Part shown: positions 28,899-40,062 of the stretch, one piece after another
Layout of the letters: every line of letters starts with the position of its first letter
Numbering within the stretch: the stretch's first letter is position 1
Assembly (NCBI RefSeq): GCF_003991155.1
Contig: NZ_CP031293.1
From: Escherichia coli
GTDB taxonomy: Bacteria; Pseudomonadota; Gammaproteobacteria; Enterobacterales; Enterobacteriaceae
Length of the DNA stretch: 64,000 nucleotides
Reading direction: 5' to 3' (one strand)
The notes under the pieces: model-generated
Databases searched by the model: none
Seen by the model: only the letters and a program-made list of their open reading frames with translations
Told to the model about the DNA's origin: nothing
Made by a program: the position numbers and the translations under genes

Positions 28899-28950
28899 GA
28901 TAATTGCGTATATTCTGTAATTAAGATAATTGCATATCTTCTGCAATTAA
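28899..28950 (+). repeat. Two tandem imperfect 26-bp direct repeats (GATAATTGCGTATATTCTGTAATTAA / GATAATTGCATATCTTCTGCAATTAA)
   Basis: Read directly from sequence immediately 3-prime of the outer-membrane protein gene; 3 mismatches between copies. Confidence 0.6.
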
Positions 28951-28959
28951 ACAGAAATA

Positions 28960-28995
28960 CCCTGCAGTCTATTACTGCAGGGTTGTCTTTTATCT
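28960..28995 (+). terminator. Intrinsic terminator (CCCTGCAG / CTGCAGGG stem, T-rich tail)
   Basis: Inverted repeat followed by TTGTCTTTTATCTGTTTT. Confidence 0.6.
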
Positions 28996-29062
28996 GTTTT
29001 ACAGATAATTTCTGATTTTTATTATCCTGTTCTCTTCATAATAATGTTGTCGATATACTCCG

Positions 29063-30565
29063 ATGAATATCAGAAAACTGTTTTGTCCGGGCAACACCCC
29101 CCGGATTTTATTGTTTTTATTCTTTTTTGTTGTTTCTGCAATAACCACAATTGCATGCGGATACACTGAGAAGAATGCAACAGGAAATGTGCTGCTTCTG
29201 TTTCTCCTTCTGCTCCTTGCATACAGAAATACCCTCACATCCATTACAGCGCTGTTATTTCTGTTCTGTTGTGCACTGTATGCGCCTGCCGGTATGACGT
29301 ACGGTAAAATCAACAACAGTTTTATTGTCGCGTTGTTGCAGACCACAACTGATGAGGCAGCGGAGTTTACCGGGATGATTCCTGTTTATCATTTTCTGGT
29401 CAGTGCCGCGATTCTGGTATTCATGGTGATTTTCTGGCGAACACACCACCGCGGTCACCGTAACTGGCTGGCACTGCTGCTGTTCGTATTATGCTCAGTA
29501 AACAGCTGGCCGTTGCGGATGGTTAAAGGAACTGTTGTGGGGACAACTGACACATTGCGTGAAATGCAACATTATAAACAACTGAGTCAGCACGGGGCTG
29601 ACAACTGGAAAATCCTGCCGGGAACACCGTTATATGACACAATTGTTATTGTCACTGGTGAGAGTGTGCGCAGGGATTATATGTCGGTATATGGCTATCC
29701 CGTGCCAACCACGCCGTGGCTGAATACAGCTCCCGGTTTATTTATTGACGGCTATACATCGGCAGCAGCCAGTACCGTACCTTCCCTGAGCCGGACACTG
29801 ATTTATGACTATGAGCAGAACCCTGACTCCGGCAACAACATGGTGGCGCTGGCAGCAAAAGCAGGATACAGCACATGGTGGATATCCAATCAGGGAAAGC
29901 TGGGGGAGCATGATACACGCATCTCTGTTATTGCTTCTGATGCGGAGCATACCGTTTTCCTCAAGAAAGGCAGCTTTGCTTCCCGTAAAACGGATGACAT
30001 GTTGTTGTTACAGGAAACAGAACGTGCACTGGCGGATAAATCCTCTCCGAAGGTGATATTCCTGCACATGATGGGGTCTCATCCGAACCCGTGTGACCGG
30101 CTTCACTCCTGGCCGAATCATTACCTGGAGCAGTATCCCCGAAAGGTTGCCTGTTACCTCGCCAGCATCAGTAAACTGGATAACTTTCTCGGTCAGCTTG
30201 ATGGTATCCTTCGCCGGCATTCCCGTCATTTCGTCATGCTTTACTTTTCTGACCATGGGCTGTCGGTCAGCGACAGTGCTAATCCTGTTCATCATGATGG
30301 TCATGTGCAGGGAGGCTACAGCGTTCCCCTGATTATTACCGCCAGTGACATCACGTCTCATCAGTCCGTCAGCAGAAAAATCAGTGCCCGTCATTTCGCA
30401 GGTATTTTTCAGTGGCTGACCGGCATTCGTACTGAAAATATACCGCCATTCAATCTACTGACAGACGAAGATAATGAACCCATTATGGTTTTTAACGGAG
30501 AGAGGAATGTACCGGCAGACAGTCTGAAACCGCAGCCTCTGATTCTTCCGGTCAAGGGAAAATAA
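29063..30565 (+). CDS. Sulfatase-family phosphoethanolamine transferase (EptA/YhbX/OpgE-like), 500 aa
   Basis: N-terminal multi-TM region followed by a periplasmic alkaline-phosphatase-superfamily domain (..IVIVTGESVRRDYMSVYGY.., ..HMMGSHPNP.., ..YFSDHG..). Confidence 0.7.
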   Translation: MNIRKLFCPGNTPRILLFLFFFVVSAITTIACGYTEKNATGNVLLLFLLLLLAYRNTLTSITALLFLFCCALYAPAGMTYGKINNSFIVALLQTTTDEAAEFTGMIPVYHFLVSAAILVFMVIFWRTHHRGHRNWLALLLFVLCSVNSWPLRMVKGTVVGTTDTLREMQHYKQLSQHGADNWKILPGTPLYDTIVIVTGESVRRDYMSVYGYPVPTTPWLNTAPGLFIDGYTSAAASTVPSLSRTLIYDYEQNPDSGNNMVALAAKAGYSTWWISNQGKLGEHDTRISVIASDAEHTVFLKKGSFASRKTDDMLLLQETERALADKSSPKVIFLHMMGSHPNPCDRLHSWPNHYLEQYPRKVACYLASISKLDNFLGQLDGILRRHSRHFVMLYFSDHGLSVSDSANPVHHDGHVQGGYSVPLIITASDITSHQSVSRKISARHFAGIFQWLTGIRTENIPPFNLLTDEDNEPIMVFNGERNVPADSLKPQPLILPVKGK

Positions 30566-30924
30566 GCGTAATGTTCATCACCAGATTATGTACGATGAGT
30601 TTTCCACTGTTTATAGCAATTATCTTGCTAATAACCAGACAGGAGTAACCAGACCAACCGAAAACACCGGGGAGGTGATTACCCGCTGGCAGAGGAAATC
30701 CGGTTTTTTTTGATGTCAGCCATAACGTGTTTGACAATAAAACATTATGAAAGGGTGTTAATGAGTCCATGGGATAATTCATAAAAATAATTTATTGTGT
30801 TATCCTTTTCAAAAGAAATATTCAGAAGATAACCCCTGGCTGACAACCAGGGGAAGGGGACATTAACAGTGTTATTATTGGTGGATAAATTATTACTTGT
30901 GTGCAGGATACACTAATGCAATAT

Positions 30925-31998
30925 CTACTGATACTGTATGCCAGTATGTTTCATGCCTGCCGCTGAAAACGGCAATATCCAGGGCCAGACATATTCACCA
31001 TTCATATTTCTGCATTTCTGTACAATTTTCTCAGAAAGCGTCTCATCAATTCTTTCACGCAACTTCTCCTGCTGTCTTAAAATACTTTCGCATATTTCGA
31101 AATCATCTTCCTGCATCAGCATTTCGGCGCATTTAATGATTTCTGCCCGTTCATGCAGCACAGAGGAATGATTATAGAGCCAGTTTACAAACAGCAATGC
31201 TTCCGGATATTGCCCCCATAACGGGTGGTATGTGGCATAATAATCTTCGGCAGTATCCGGACCGCCTGAAAAGTTATGCCATACAGCAAGTGGAAATGGA
31301 TGCAGATTTCCGCACAGTATTTCTGCGATGTAAGTATTTGCCGCAAAGCCGCGACGAAATGCAGTTGCAGCTTTTACCAGTTCCCCATTAAGAAAATGCA
31401 GAAGGCCGAGTTCATACCAGTAAGGTGAAAATTCATCTGCATGTTCCTGCAGTATATGGCGTGCCTGTTCATGAGCGCCAGTGCGTAACAGTTCCGGTCC
31501 CAGTAGCCAGCGTGCACCATGATTATCTTCGGGATTGTAATCCAGTATTTTTTCAATGAGCATGATGGCATCCTGATGACGCCGTAAATGTGCATTTGCC
31601 AGGATTGCCGCATAGAGGGCACGAAGAAAAGGTCGGTTGTCAGGATGTATCCAGATGATTCTGCCACTGAAACCTTCAGGGATAAGACGATTGCCAACTG
31701 CCAGTCCTTTAAGGGCAGCATTCAGCGCCTTACGCGGGGCATTCTGCTCCAGAAATACGTATGCCAAGTGAGCGTGTACATCAATAAAGTCATTCTCCTG
31801 TCGGGCAAGGCGCCTGAGTTTGTTGATGTAACTTGTTTCGCTGATTTCATCCGCATCGTATGCATCAATCAGTTCTTCAAACTCATCCAGCAACGAGCCA
31901 AACCAGGTTTCCGGAAATATGAAACAGCCCTGGTTATCGTTCACTTCAAAGCGTAATTTGCCAGTCATATTCTGAACCTGTAAAAAAGGATGGACCAT
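30925..31998 (-). CDS. Hypothetical protein (357 aa), predicted all-helical/TPR-like; start may be Met 31968
   Basis: Long intact ORF adjacent to the integrase; no family recognised. Confidence 0.5.
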   Translation of the reverse strand: MVHPFLQVQNMTGKLRFEVNDNQGCFIFPETWFGSLLDEFEELIDAYDADEISETSYINKLRRLARQENDFIDVHAHLAYVFLEQNAPRKALNAALKGLAVGNRLIPEGFSGRIIWIHPDNRPFLRALYAAILANAHLRRHQDAIMLIEKILDYNPEDNHGARWLLGPELLRTGAHEQARHILQEHADEFSPYWYELGLLHFLNGELVKAATAFRRGFAANTYIAEILCGNLHPFPLAVWHNFSGGPDTAEDYYATYHPLWGQYPEALLFVNWLYNHSSVLHERAEIIKCAEMLMQEDDFEICESILRQQEKLRERIDETLSEKIVQKCRNMNGEYVWPWILPFSAAGMKHTGIQYQ

Positions 31999-32223
31999 AA
32001 TCTGCAGGCTATAAAAATTGTGATGCCTGGCATCGGTGTCCTTTTATTGTCCGGGATTAACGTTGCCCATGATAATACAGTGAATCCTGTTCTGTGGTAA
32101 GACGTTGAGTTATTGAATGAGAACCTCAGCCTGGCTGATGGTTCCGCCGGCATAAAAAAGAAATTGATTGAGGCGGGTGCTCTTCCCCTTAAGAGGAAGA
32201 GCATGTGTGTAAATGGTGTTCAG

Positions 32224-33489
32224 TCACCTTTTCAGTGGATTGTTAACTTTTGCATATTCAAACGGACTGATACCCTTATCTCTGTTTGCATCCAGAAAAT
32301 CTGCCCACCATTGCAGCATAAGCCGACGTTCTTCCAGATGTTCTGCTTTATGAATATACGCGGCACGTACTCCGTTGCGCTCCTGATGACTCATCTGACG
32401 TTCAACCGCATCTCTTGACCATAAACCGGATTCAATCAATGCACTGCACGCCATCGCCCGGAATCCATGGCCACAGACTTCCTTGGTTGTGTCATACCCC
32501 ATCACTCTGAGGGCCTTATTTACGGTATTTTCACTGATTGGTTTACGCGGGTCATGTGCTCCCGTAAAGATCAGACCATTTTCACCAGCCCATGTCTGAA
32601 GTTCTGTCAGTATGGCTACAGCCTGTTTGCTGAGTGGCACAAGATGTGGTGTTCGCATCTTGGAGCCCCGGTGTGAGAATTTTACCCCTGGCAGAGGTTT
32701 GCGTTCGGCTGGAATAGTCCACATGGCATTGTCAATATCAATTTCAGACCAGCGGGCGTATCTGAGTTCACTGGAACGAATAAAAACCAGTAAATTCAGC
32801 ATAACGGCAAGCCGGGTGACAGGCTGACCTTTATAACTGTTAATACGCGACAGAAGTTCAGGCAGACGTGAAAGATCAAGAGCGGGGCGATGCTGGCGTT
32901 TTACCGTAGTCAATGCGCCAGCCATATCCAGAGCAGGATTATATCTGATGATGCCAGACTGTACGGCATAACGCATTACGGCAGATATTCTTTGCTGCAG
33001 ACGACTGGCGATTTCATAAATTTGTTTAGCTTCTGCAGCACGAACAGGGATAAGCAGATCCGGGGTATTGAGTGTTGTGATATCCCGGTTGCCGATAAAG
33101 GGGAAAACGTGTGTTTCGAGGCTTTTGAGTACTTTATCGCTGTGTGATTGTGCCCATTGTTTATTACTGGCATGCCAGCGTCGTGCAATATGTTCAAAAG
33201 AGAGCTGTAAATCAGGGACTACTTTTTTAGCTCTTTTCTGTTCGCAAGGGTCAATCCCCTCCGAAATCAGTTTTCGGGCCTCATCCCGTTTTGTACGAGC
33301 TTCGGAGAGAGAAACTTCTGGATACACACCAAGTGCCAGAGTCTTCTCCTTACCCAGAATACGATAACGGAGACGCCAGTAACGGGAACCATTAGGATGT
33401 ACCAGCAGGAACATGCCAGCCCCGTCAGTGAGTTTATAAGCCTTGTCAGTGGGCTTTGCAGCCCGGATTTTTGCGTCAGTCAGTGCCAT
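32224..33489 (-). CDS. P4-type (CP4-57-like) tyrosine integrase
   Basis: 421-aa ORF MALTDAKIRAAKPTDKAYKLTDGAGMFLLVHPNGSRYWRLRYR... with C-terminal catalytic region; immediately downstream of tRNA-Phe in the same orientation. Confidence 0.92.
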   Translation of the reverse strand: MALTDAKIRAAKPTDKAYKLTDGAGMFLLVHPNGSRYWRLRYRILGKEKTLALGVYPEVSLSEARTKRDEARKLISEGIDPCEQKRAKKVVPDLQLSFEHIARRWHASNKQWAQSHSDKVLKSLETHVFPFIGNRDITTLNTPDLLIPVRAAEAKQIYEIASRLQQRISAVMRYAVQSGIIRYNPALDMAGALTTVKRQHRPALDLSRLPELLSRINSYKGQPVTRLAVMLNLLVFIRSSELRYARWSEIDIDNAMWTIPAERKPLPGVKFSHRGSKMRTPHLVPLSKQAVAILTELQTWAGENGLIFTGAHDPRKPISENTVNKALRVMGYDTTKEVCGHGFRAMACSALIESGLWSRDAVERQMSHQERNGVRAAYIHKAEHLEERRLMLQWWADFLDANRDKGISPFEYAKVNNPLKR

Positions 33490-33652
33490 AGTTCAGCCTT
33501 CTGAATGCGTTAAAGAGGGTACAAATTCTGTCGAACTGGGGTATACCCGCAATTATACCCACACAATGGGGTTGATGTGGGGGGAATCTGGTTGAGTTCG
33601 GTAGAATTGATTTGTAGGCAGAACGCTTAAATCGTGGTGTTCTGAAACGAAA

Positions 33653-33680
33653 AACGGACCTCCGTGGAGGTCCGTTTATA
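33653..33680 (-). terminator. Intrinsic terminator just 3-prime of tRNA-Phe
   Basis: Minus-strand CGGACCTCC-acg-GAGGTCCG hairpin followed by TTTTT. Confidence 0.6.
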
Positions 33681-33686
33681 TGAATT

Positions 33687-33762
33687 TGGTGCCCGGACTC
33701 GGAATCGAACCAAGGACACGGGGATTTTCAATCCCCTGCTCTACCGACTGAGCTATCCGGGC
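33687..33762 (-). tRNA. pheV: tRNA-Phe (GAA anticodon), 76 nt including CCA
   Basis: Reverse complement reads GCCCGGATAGCTCAGTCGGTAGAGCAGGGGATTGAAAATCCCCGTGTCCTTGGTTCGATTCCGAGTCCGGGCACCA; locus assigned as pheV from flanking yqgA/speC. Confidence 0.95.
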
Positions 33763-33867
33763 AACGGGGCGCATTAAACCTGATTCGCCTCGTCTCGTCA
33801 ATCAAATTTCTTCAATTTACTGCAGACTGCACAATCTATCATCACTTTGCCGCTATTGCACGCATTG

Positions 33868-34575
33868 TCAGGCAAACCAGGCGGTCCAGGCGGCGGAAAG
33901 CGGCATTGCCAGAAGGAGTGCTGGAAGCATGTTGACCACCGGGAACATTTTAATGCCACAGATGCGTAATCCGGTTGCCAGCAGCAATAAACCGCCTACG
34001 GCGCTGAAGTCTGCCATCATCGACGGTGTGGTCAGCGGTAATATCAGCGCGGCAGCCCACGCCAGTGTTAACTGGATGATCAGTAATGGAATGCTAATCA
34101 CCGACACCGCAATACCCAGCGAGCAGGCGAAGATCATCGCCGTAAAGAAATCAAGAAATGACTTGGCGATTAAAATACTCGGATCGCCGGTCATCCCTTC
34201 GTTCATCGCCCCGAAGATTCCGGTGCCGCTGGCGCAAAACAGGACAATAATCGCGACAAAATTCTGAATAAAAGATTCATGCGCTGGCTTCTTACGCGAG
34301 TGGTGAAACAGATTATGCGCTTTGGCGACCACTGTATTGACGCCTTTTTCCAGCAGACAAATTTCGCCGATTAATGCTCCGAGTAAGGTTGCTAAAACCA
34401 TCGCCGGAAGGTTGGCGCATTTCACCACCAGTAAAATACCAATCCCCAGCGATGCCAGACCAAAAATTGATGTCATGGAGACGCGGATACGTTCCGGTAA
34501 GCGTTGGCTAAGGAGTGCGCCGAAAACGCCACCCAGTAAGACTGCACTTGCGTTGATAAAAGGGCCGATGACCAC
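33868..34575 (-). CDS. yqgA: YqgA, DUF554 inner-membrane protein
   Basis: 235-aa hydrophobic ORF; synteny with the K-12 pheV region. Confidence 0.85.
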   Translation of the reverse strand: MVIGPFINASAVLLGGVFGALLSQRLPERIRVSMTSIFGLASLGIGILLVVKCANLPAMVLATLLGALIGEICLLEKGVNTVVAKAHNLFHHSRKKPAHESFIQNFVAIIVLFCASGTGIFGAMNEGMTGDPSILIAKSFLDFFTAMIFACSLGIAVSVISIPLLIIQLTLAWAAALILPLTTPSMMADFSAVGGLLLLATGLRICGIKMFPVVNMLPALLLAMPLSAAWTAWFA

Positions 34576-34982
34576 AAGAGTTCCTGTTAGCTGTATTGTT
34601 TGATTTTCTTATTATGAACTTTTGGCGCCGTCGATGGCTTGTTTGTTCGCAAAGTCCTGGCTTGCACGCTTTAGCGAAAGGTGCCATGATTGCGCGAATT
34701 TTCTCCTCTCTGTACGGAGTTTGCCCGATGCACGCCACCTCCTTACATTCTCTCGCTTATCGCCGTTTCGCGCGAAACTCTTCTCTTTTTATGCTACTGC
34801 TCATGCGGTGAAGTTAACGCACGCTCACTGCAGGACAACAGTAAAATCAGAGCGTTTCTGCTTTTACTGATGTCTGGTGGTCGGAGCTGGTGACCAGTTT
34901 GCCCCATATCTCATGGGGCAGGGTTTTCCACCTTGTCCGGTATTCTTACTTCCCCTAAACGGGTTTTGCGCTTACGAAATCA

Positions 34983-37109
34983 ATGAATATTGCCGCCAGT
35001 AGTGAACTGGTATCCCGACTTTCTACTCATCGCCGCGTGGTGGCGTTGGGAGATACTGATTTTACGGACGTCGCGGCAGTCGTCATTACCGCTGCGGATA
35101 GTCGCAGTGGCATTCTTGCGTTGCTTAAGCGCACCGGTTTTCATCTACCGGTGTTTTTGTATTCCGAACATACTGTTGAATTACCTGCGGGCGTTACGGC
35201 GGTAATCAACGGCAACGAGCAGCAGTGGCTGGAGCTGGAATCCGCAGCCTGTCAGTATGAAGAGAATTTGCTGCCACCGTTTTATGACACGCTGACGCAG
35301 TACGTTGAGATGGGTAATAGCACCTTTGCTTGCCCTGGACATCAACATGGTGCGTTCTTTAAAAAGCATCCTGCCGGACGCCATTTTTACGATTTCTTTG
35401 GCGAGAACATCTTTCGCGCCGATATGTGTAACGCTGACGTAAAATTGGGCGATCTGCTTATTCATGAAGGATCGGCGAAAGATGCGCAGAAATTTGCAGC
35501 CAAAGTCTTTCATGCCGATAAAACCTATTTTGTGCTGAACGGCACATCGGCAGCGAATAAAGTGGTGACGAATGCGCTGTTAACGCGTGGCGATCTGGTG
35601 CTCTTCGACCGTAACAACCATAAGTCGAATCATCACGGCGCGTTGATTCAGGCGGGGGCGACGCCGGTCTATCTGGAAGCTTCACGTAACCCGTTTGGTT
35701 TCATTGGCGGTATTGATGCGCACTGTTTTAATGAAGAGTATCTGCGCCAGCAAATTCGCGACGTTGCGCCAGAAAAAGCCGACCTGCCGCGCCCGTTTCG
35801 CCTGGCGATTATTCAGCTGGGAACCTATGACGGCACTGTCTATAACGCCCGTCAGGTGATCGATACCGTTGGGCATCTGTGTGATTACATTCTGTTTGAT
35901 TCCGCGTGGGTCGGTTACGAACAGTTTATCCCGATGATGGCGGATAGCTCGCCGCTGCTGTTAGAACTTAACGAAAACGATCCGGGGATCTTTGTGACCC
36001 AGTCGGTGCACAAACAGCAGGCGGGATTCTCACAGACGTCGCAGATCCATAAAAAAGATAACCATATCCGTGGACAGGCGCGTTTTTGCCCGCATAAGCG
36101 TTTGAATAATGCCTTTATGCTCCATGCTTCTACCAGCCCGTTCTATCCGCTGTTCGCCGCCCTGGACGTTAACGCCAAAATTCATGAAGGGGAGAGTGGG
36201 CGTCGGCTGTGGGCTGAGTGCGTTGAGTTGGGTATTGAGTCGCGCAAGGCTATTCTTGCGCGCTGTAAGCTGTTCCGCCCGTTTATCCCGCCTGTTGTTG
36301 ATGGCAAATTGTGGCAGGATTATCCGACGTCAGTGTTAGCCAGCGACCGCCGTTTTTTCAGTTTTGAGCCGGGGGCGAAGTGGCACGGCTTTGAAGGATA
36401 TGCCGCGGATCAGTATTTTGTTGATCCGTGCAAGCTGTTACTCACCACGCCGGGTATCGATGCCGAAACCGGCGAATATAGCGATTTTGGCGTTCCAGCG
36501 ACGATTCTGGCGCACTATCTGCGTGAGAACGGCATTGTGCCGGAGAAGTGCGATCTCAACTCCATTCTGTTCTTATTAACTCCGGCGGAAAGCCACGAGA
36601 AGCTGGCACAACTGGTGGCGATGCTGGTGCAGTTTGAACAGCATATTGAGGATGATTCGCCGCTGGCTGAGGTGTTGCCGAGCGTTTATAACAAATATCC
36701 GGTGCGCTATCGCGACTACACCCTGCGCCAGTTGTGTCAGGAGATGCACGATTTGTATGTCAGTTTCGACGTCAAAGACCTACAAAAAGCGATGTTCCGC
36801 CAGCAGAGTTTCCCGTCAGTGGTGATGAATCCCCAGGATGCGCATAGCGCTTATATTCGCGGTGAAGTGGAGTTGGTGCGGATTCGTGATGCCGAAGGGC
36901 GAATTGCGGCAGAAGGGGCGTTGCCTTATCCACCTGGCGTGCTTTGCGTGGTACCCGGGGAAGTCTGGGGTGGGGCGGTTCAACGTTATTTCCTTGCGCT
37001 GGAAGAAGGCGTGAATTTGTTGCCGGGATTTTCGCCGGAGTTGCAAGGTGTCTATAGCGAAACCGATGCGAATGGCATGAAACGGTTGTACGGTTATGTG
37101 TTGAAGTAA
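34983..37109 (+). CDS. speC: Ornithine decarboxylase, constitutive (SpeC)
   Basis: 708-aa ORF matching the SpeC fold-type I PLP decarboxylase; the K-12 annotation may begin a few codons upstream. Confidence 0.92.
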   Translation: MNIAASSELVSRLSTHRRVVALGDTDFTDVAAVVITAADSRSGILALLKRTGFHLPVFLYSEHTVELPAGVTAVINGNEQQWLELESAACQYEENLLPPFYDTLTQYVEMGNSTFACPGHQHGAFFKKHPAGRHFYDFFGENIFRADMCNADVKLGDLLIHEGSAKDAQKFAAKVFHADKTYFVLNGTSAANKVVTNALLTRGDLVLFDRNNHKSNHHGALIQAGATPVYLEASRNPFGFIGGIDAHCFNEEYLRQQIRDVAPEKADLPRPFRLAIIQLGTYDGTVYNARQVIDTVGHLCDYILFDSAWVGYEQFIPMMADSSPLLLELNENDPGIFVTQSVHKQQAGFSQTSQIHKKDNHIRGQARFCPHKRLNNAFMLHASTSPFYPLFAALDVNAKIHEGESGRRLWAECVELGIESRKAILARCKLFRPFIPPVVDGKLWQDYPTSVLASDRRFFSFEPGAKWHGFEGYAADQYFVDPCKLLLTTPGIDAETGEYSDFGVPATILAHYLRENGIVPEKCDLNSILFLLTPAESHEKLAQLVAMLVQFEQHIEDDSPLAEVLPSVYNKYPVRYRDYTLRQLCQEMHDLYVSFDVKDLQKAMFRQQSFPSVVMNPQDAHSAYIRGEVELVRIRDAEGRIAAEGALPYPPGVLCVVPGEVWGGAVQRYFLALEEGVNLLPGFSPELQGVYSETDANGMKRLYGYVLK

Positions 37110-37111
37110 GA

Positions 37112-37148
37112 ATAAAAAAACGGGTCACCTTCTGGCGACCCGTTTTTC
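37112..37148. terminator. Bidirectional intrinsic terminator between speC and nupG
   Basis: A7 run, CGGGTCACC..GGCGACCCG hairpin, T5 run. Confidence 0.7.
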
Positions 37149-37157
37149 TTTGCGTAA

Positions 37158-38414
37158 TTAGTGGCTAACCGTCTGTGTACCTGTCGGGACACGAACGTGT
37201 TTATATTTGAACATCGCCATGAACGCGAAGGCCAGAACCACGGAGTAACCTGCGAAAATCAGCCATACGGTCTGCCAGTCGGTAATGCCGTTTTGGGTGT
37301 ACATCTCAACCACTTTACCGCTCACGATGCCGCCGAGGATACAGCCGAAGCCGTTGGTCATCATCAGGAACATCCCCTGCGCGCTGGCGCGAATTGCCGG
37401 GCTAACTTCTTTTTCGACAAACACCGAACCAGAGATGTTGAAGAAGTCGAATGCGCAACCGTAAACGATCATCGACAGTACCAGCAGTACAGTACCGAAC
37501 GGAGTCGGGTCGCCGTAAGCAAACAGAGCAAAACGCAGGATCCACGCCACAATACTGATCATCATTACGTTCTTAATACCGTAGCGGCTTAAGAAGAACG
37601 GGATGGTCAGAATGAACAGGGTTTCAGAGATCTGCGAAATCGACATGATGATTGACGCATGCTGCACGATGAAGCTGCTGGCAAACATCGGATCTTTGTC
37701 GAAGCTGTGCAGGAAGGTATTACCGAACATGTTGGTAATCTGCAGTTCCGCGCCCAGCAGCATTGAGAAGATGAAGAAGATTGCCATACGCTTGTTTTTA
37801 AACAGAGCGAATGCATCGAGGCCCAGCAGGGTTGTCCAGCTCTGATTCGCTTGCTGTTTAGCAACCGGAATATGCGGCAGAGTCAGGGTAAACAGAACCA
37901 GAATGGCGGAAAGCGCTGCGCCAATATACAGCTGCATGTGGCTTAATTCGAAGCCGGACAGGCTCACCACCCACATTGCCATGATAAAGCCGATGGTGCC
38001 CCAGATACGGATTGGCGGGAAGTCAGTAACGATATCCATCCCGGCATTTTGCAGGCGATAGTAAGAGATGGTGTTGATTAACCCAAGCGTTGGCATATAA
38101 GCAAACGAGTTAATCAATATCACAAGGAACATCGCCTCCGGCGTAGTGACCTCTGCCGCCATGAACAGCGTGATAGCGCCAATGGTGTGGCAAATGGCAT
38201 AGACCCATTTCGCACTTAACCATTTGTCGGCCACAATCCCCAGCAGCGCAGGCATAAAGACCGCGGCGATACCCAGTGAACTATAAACTGCGCCAATAGA
38301 AGCACCGTCAAACTTCAGGGTAACAAACATATAGGAGCCGAGGGTCGTCAGCCAACTTCCCCACAGACAGAACTGCAGAAAAGAGAGGATTTTCAGCTGC
38401 AGCTTAAGATTCAT
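37158..38414 (-). CDS. nupG: Nucleoside permease NupG
   Basis: 418 aa from MNLKLQLKILSFLQF...; ORF track start lies upstream in frame. Confidence 0.92.
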   Translation of the reverse strand: MNLKLQLKILSFLQFCLWGSWLTTLGSYMFVTLKFDGASIGAVYSSLGIAAVFMPALLGIVADKWLSAKWVYAICHTIGAITLFMAAEVTTPEAMFLVILINSFAYMPTLGLINTISYYRLQNAGMDIVTDFPPIRIWGTIGFIMAMWVVSLSGFELSHMQLYIGAALSAILVLFTLTLPHIPVAKQQANQSWTTLLGLDAFALFKNKRMAIFFIFSMLLGAELQITNMFGNTFLHSFDKDPMFASSFIVQHASIIMSISQISETLFILTIPFFLSRYGIKNVMMISIVAWILRFALFAYGDPTPFGTVLLVLSMIVYGCAFDFFNISGSVFVEKEVSPAIRASAQGMFLMMTNGFGCILGGIVSGKVVEMYTQNGITDWQTVWLIFAGYSVVLAFAFMAMFKYKHVRVPTGTQTVSH

Positions 38415-38615
38415 GTTAATTTCCTCACATCGTGATGCGGATGAGTGTTTGAAAAAGCACATTTGACCGTGCGAGATGATGGGATTCTATCAACTTCGCG
38501 GACTGGTTTTTTGTTACCTGTGGCAAATAATTGCAAACATTCCCAATTTGCAAAACGAAATTGTGATGTGGATAACATTTTTGCCCCTGAGCATCGTCAG
38601 GGGCGGTTAGTGGAA

Positions 38616-39722
<1,107 letters not shown>

Positions 39723-39759
39723 TTATGCAAGTTGCCGGAGGCGTGCTCCGGCACTGTTT

Positions 39760-40038
<279 letters not shown>

Positions 40039-40062
40039 TCATCCTCTTTATCGACTCACGCG

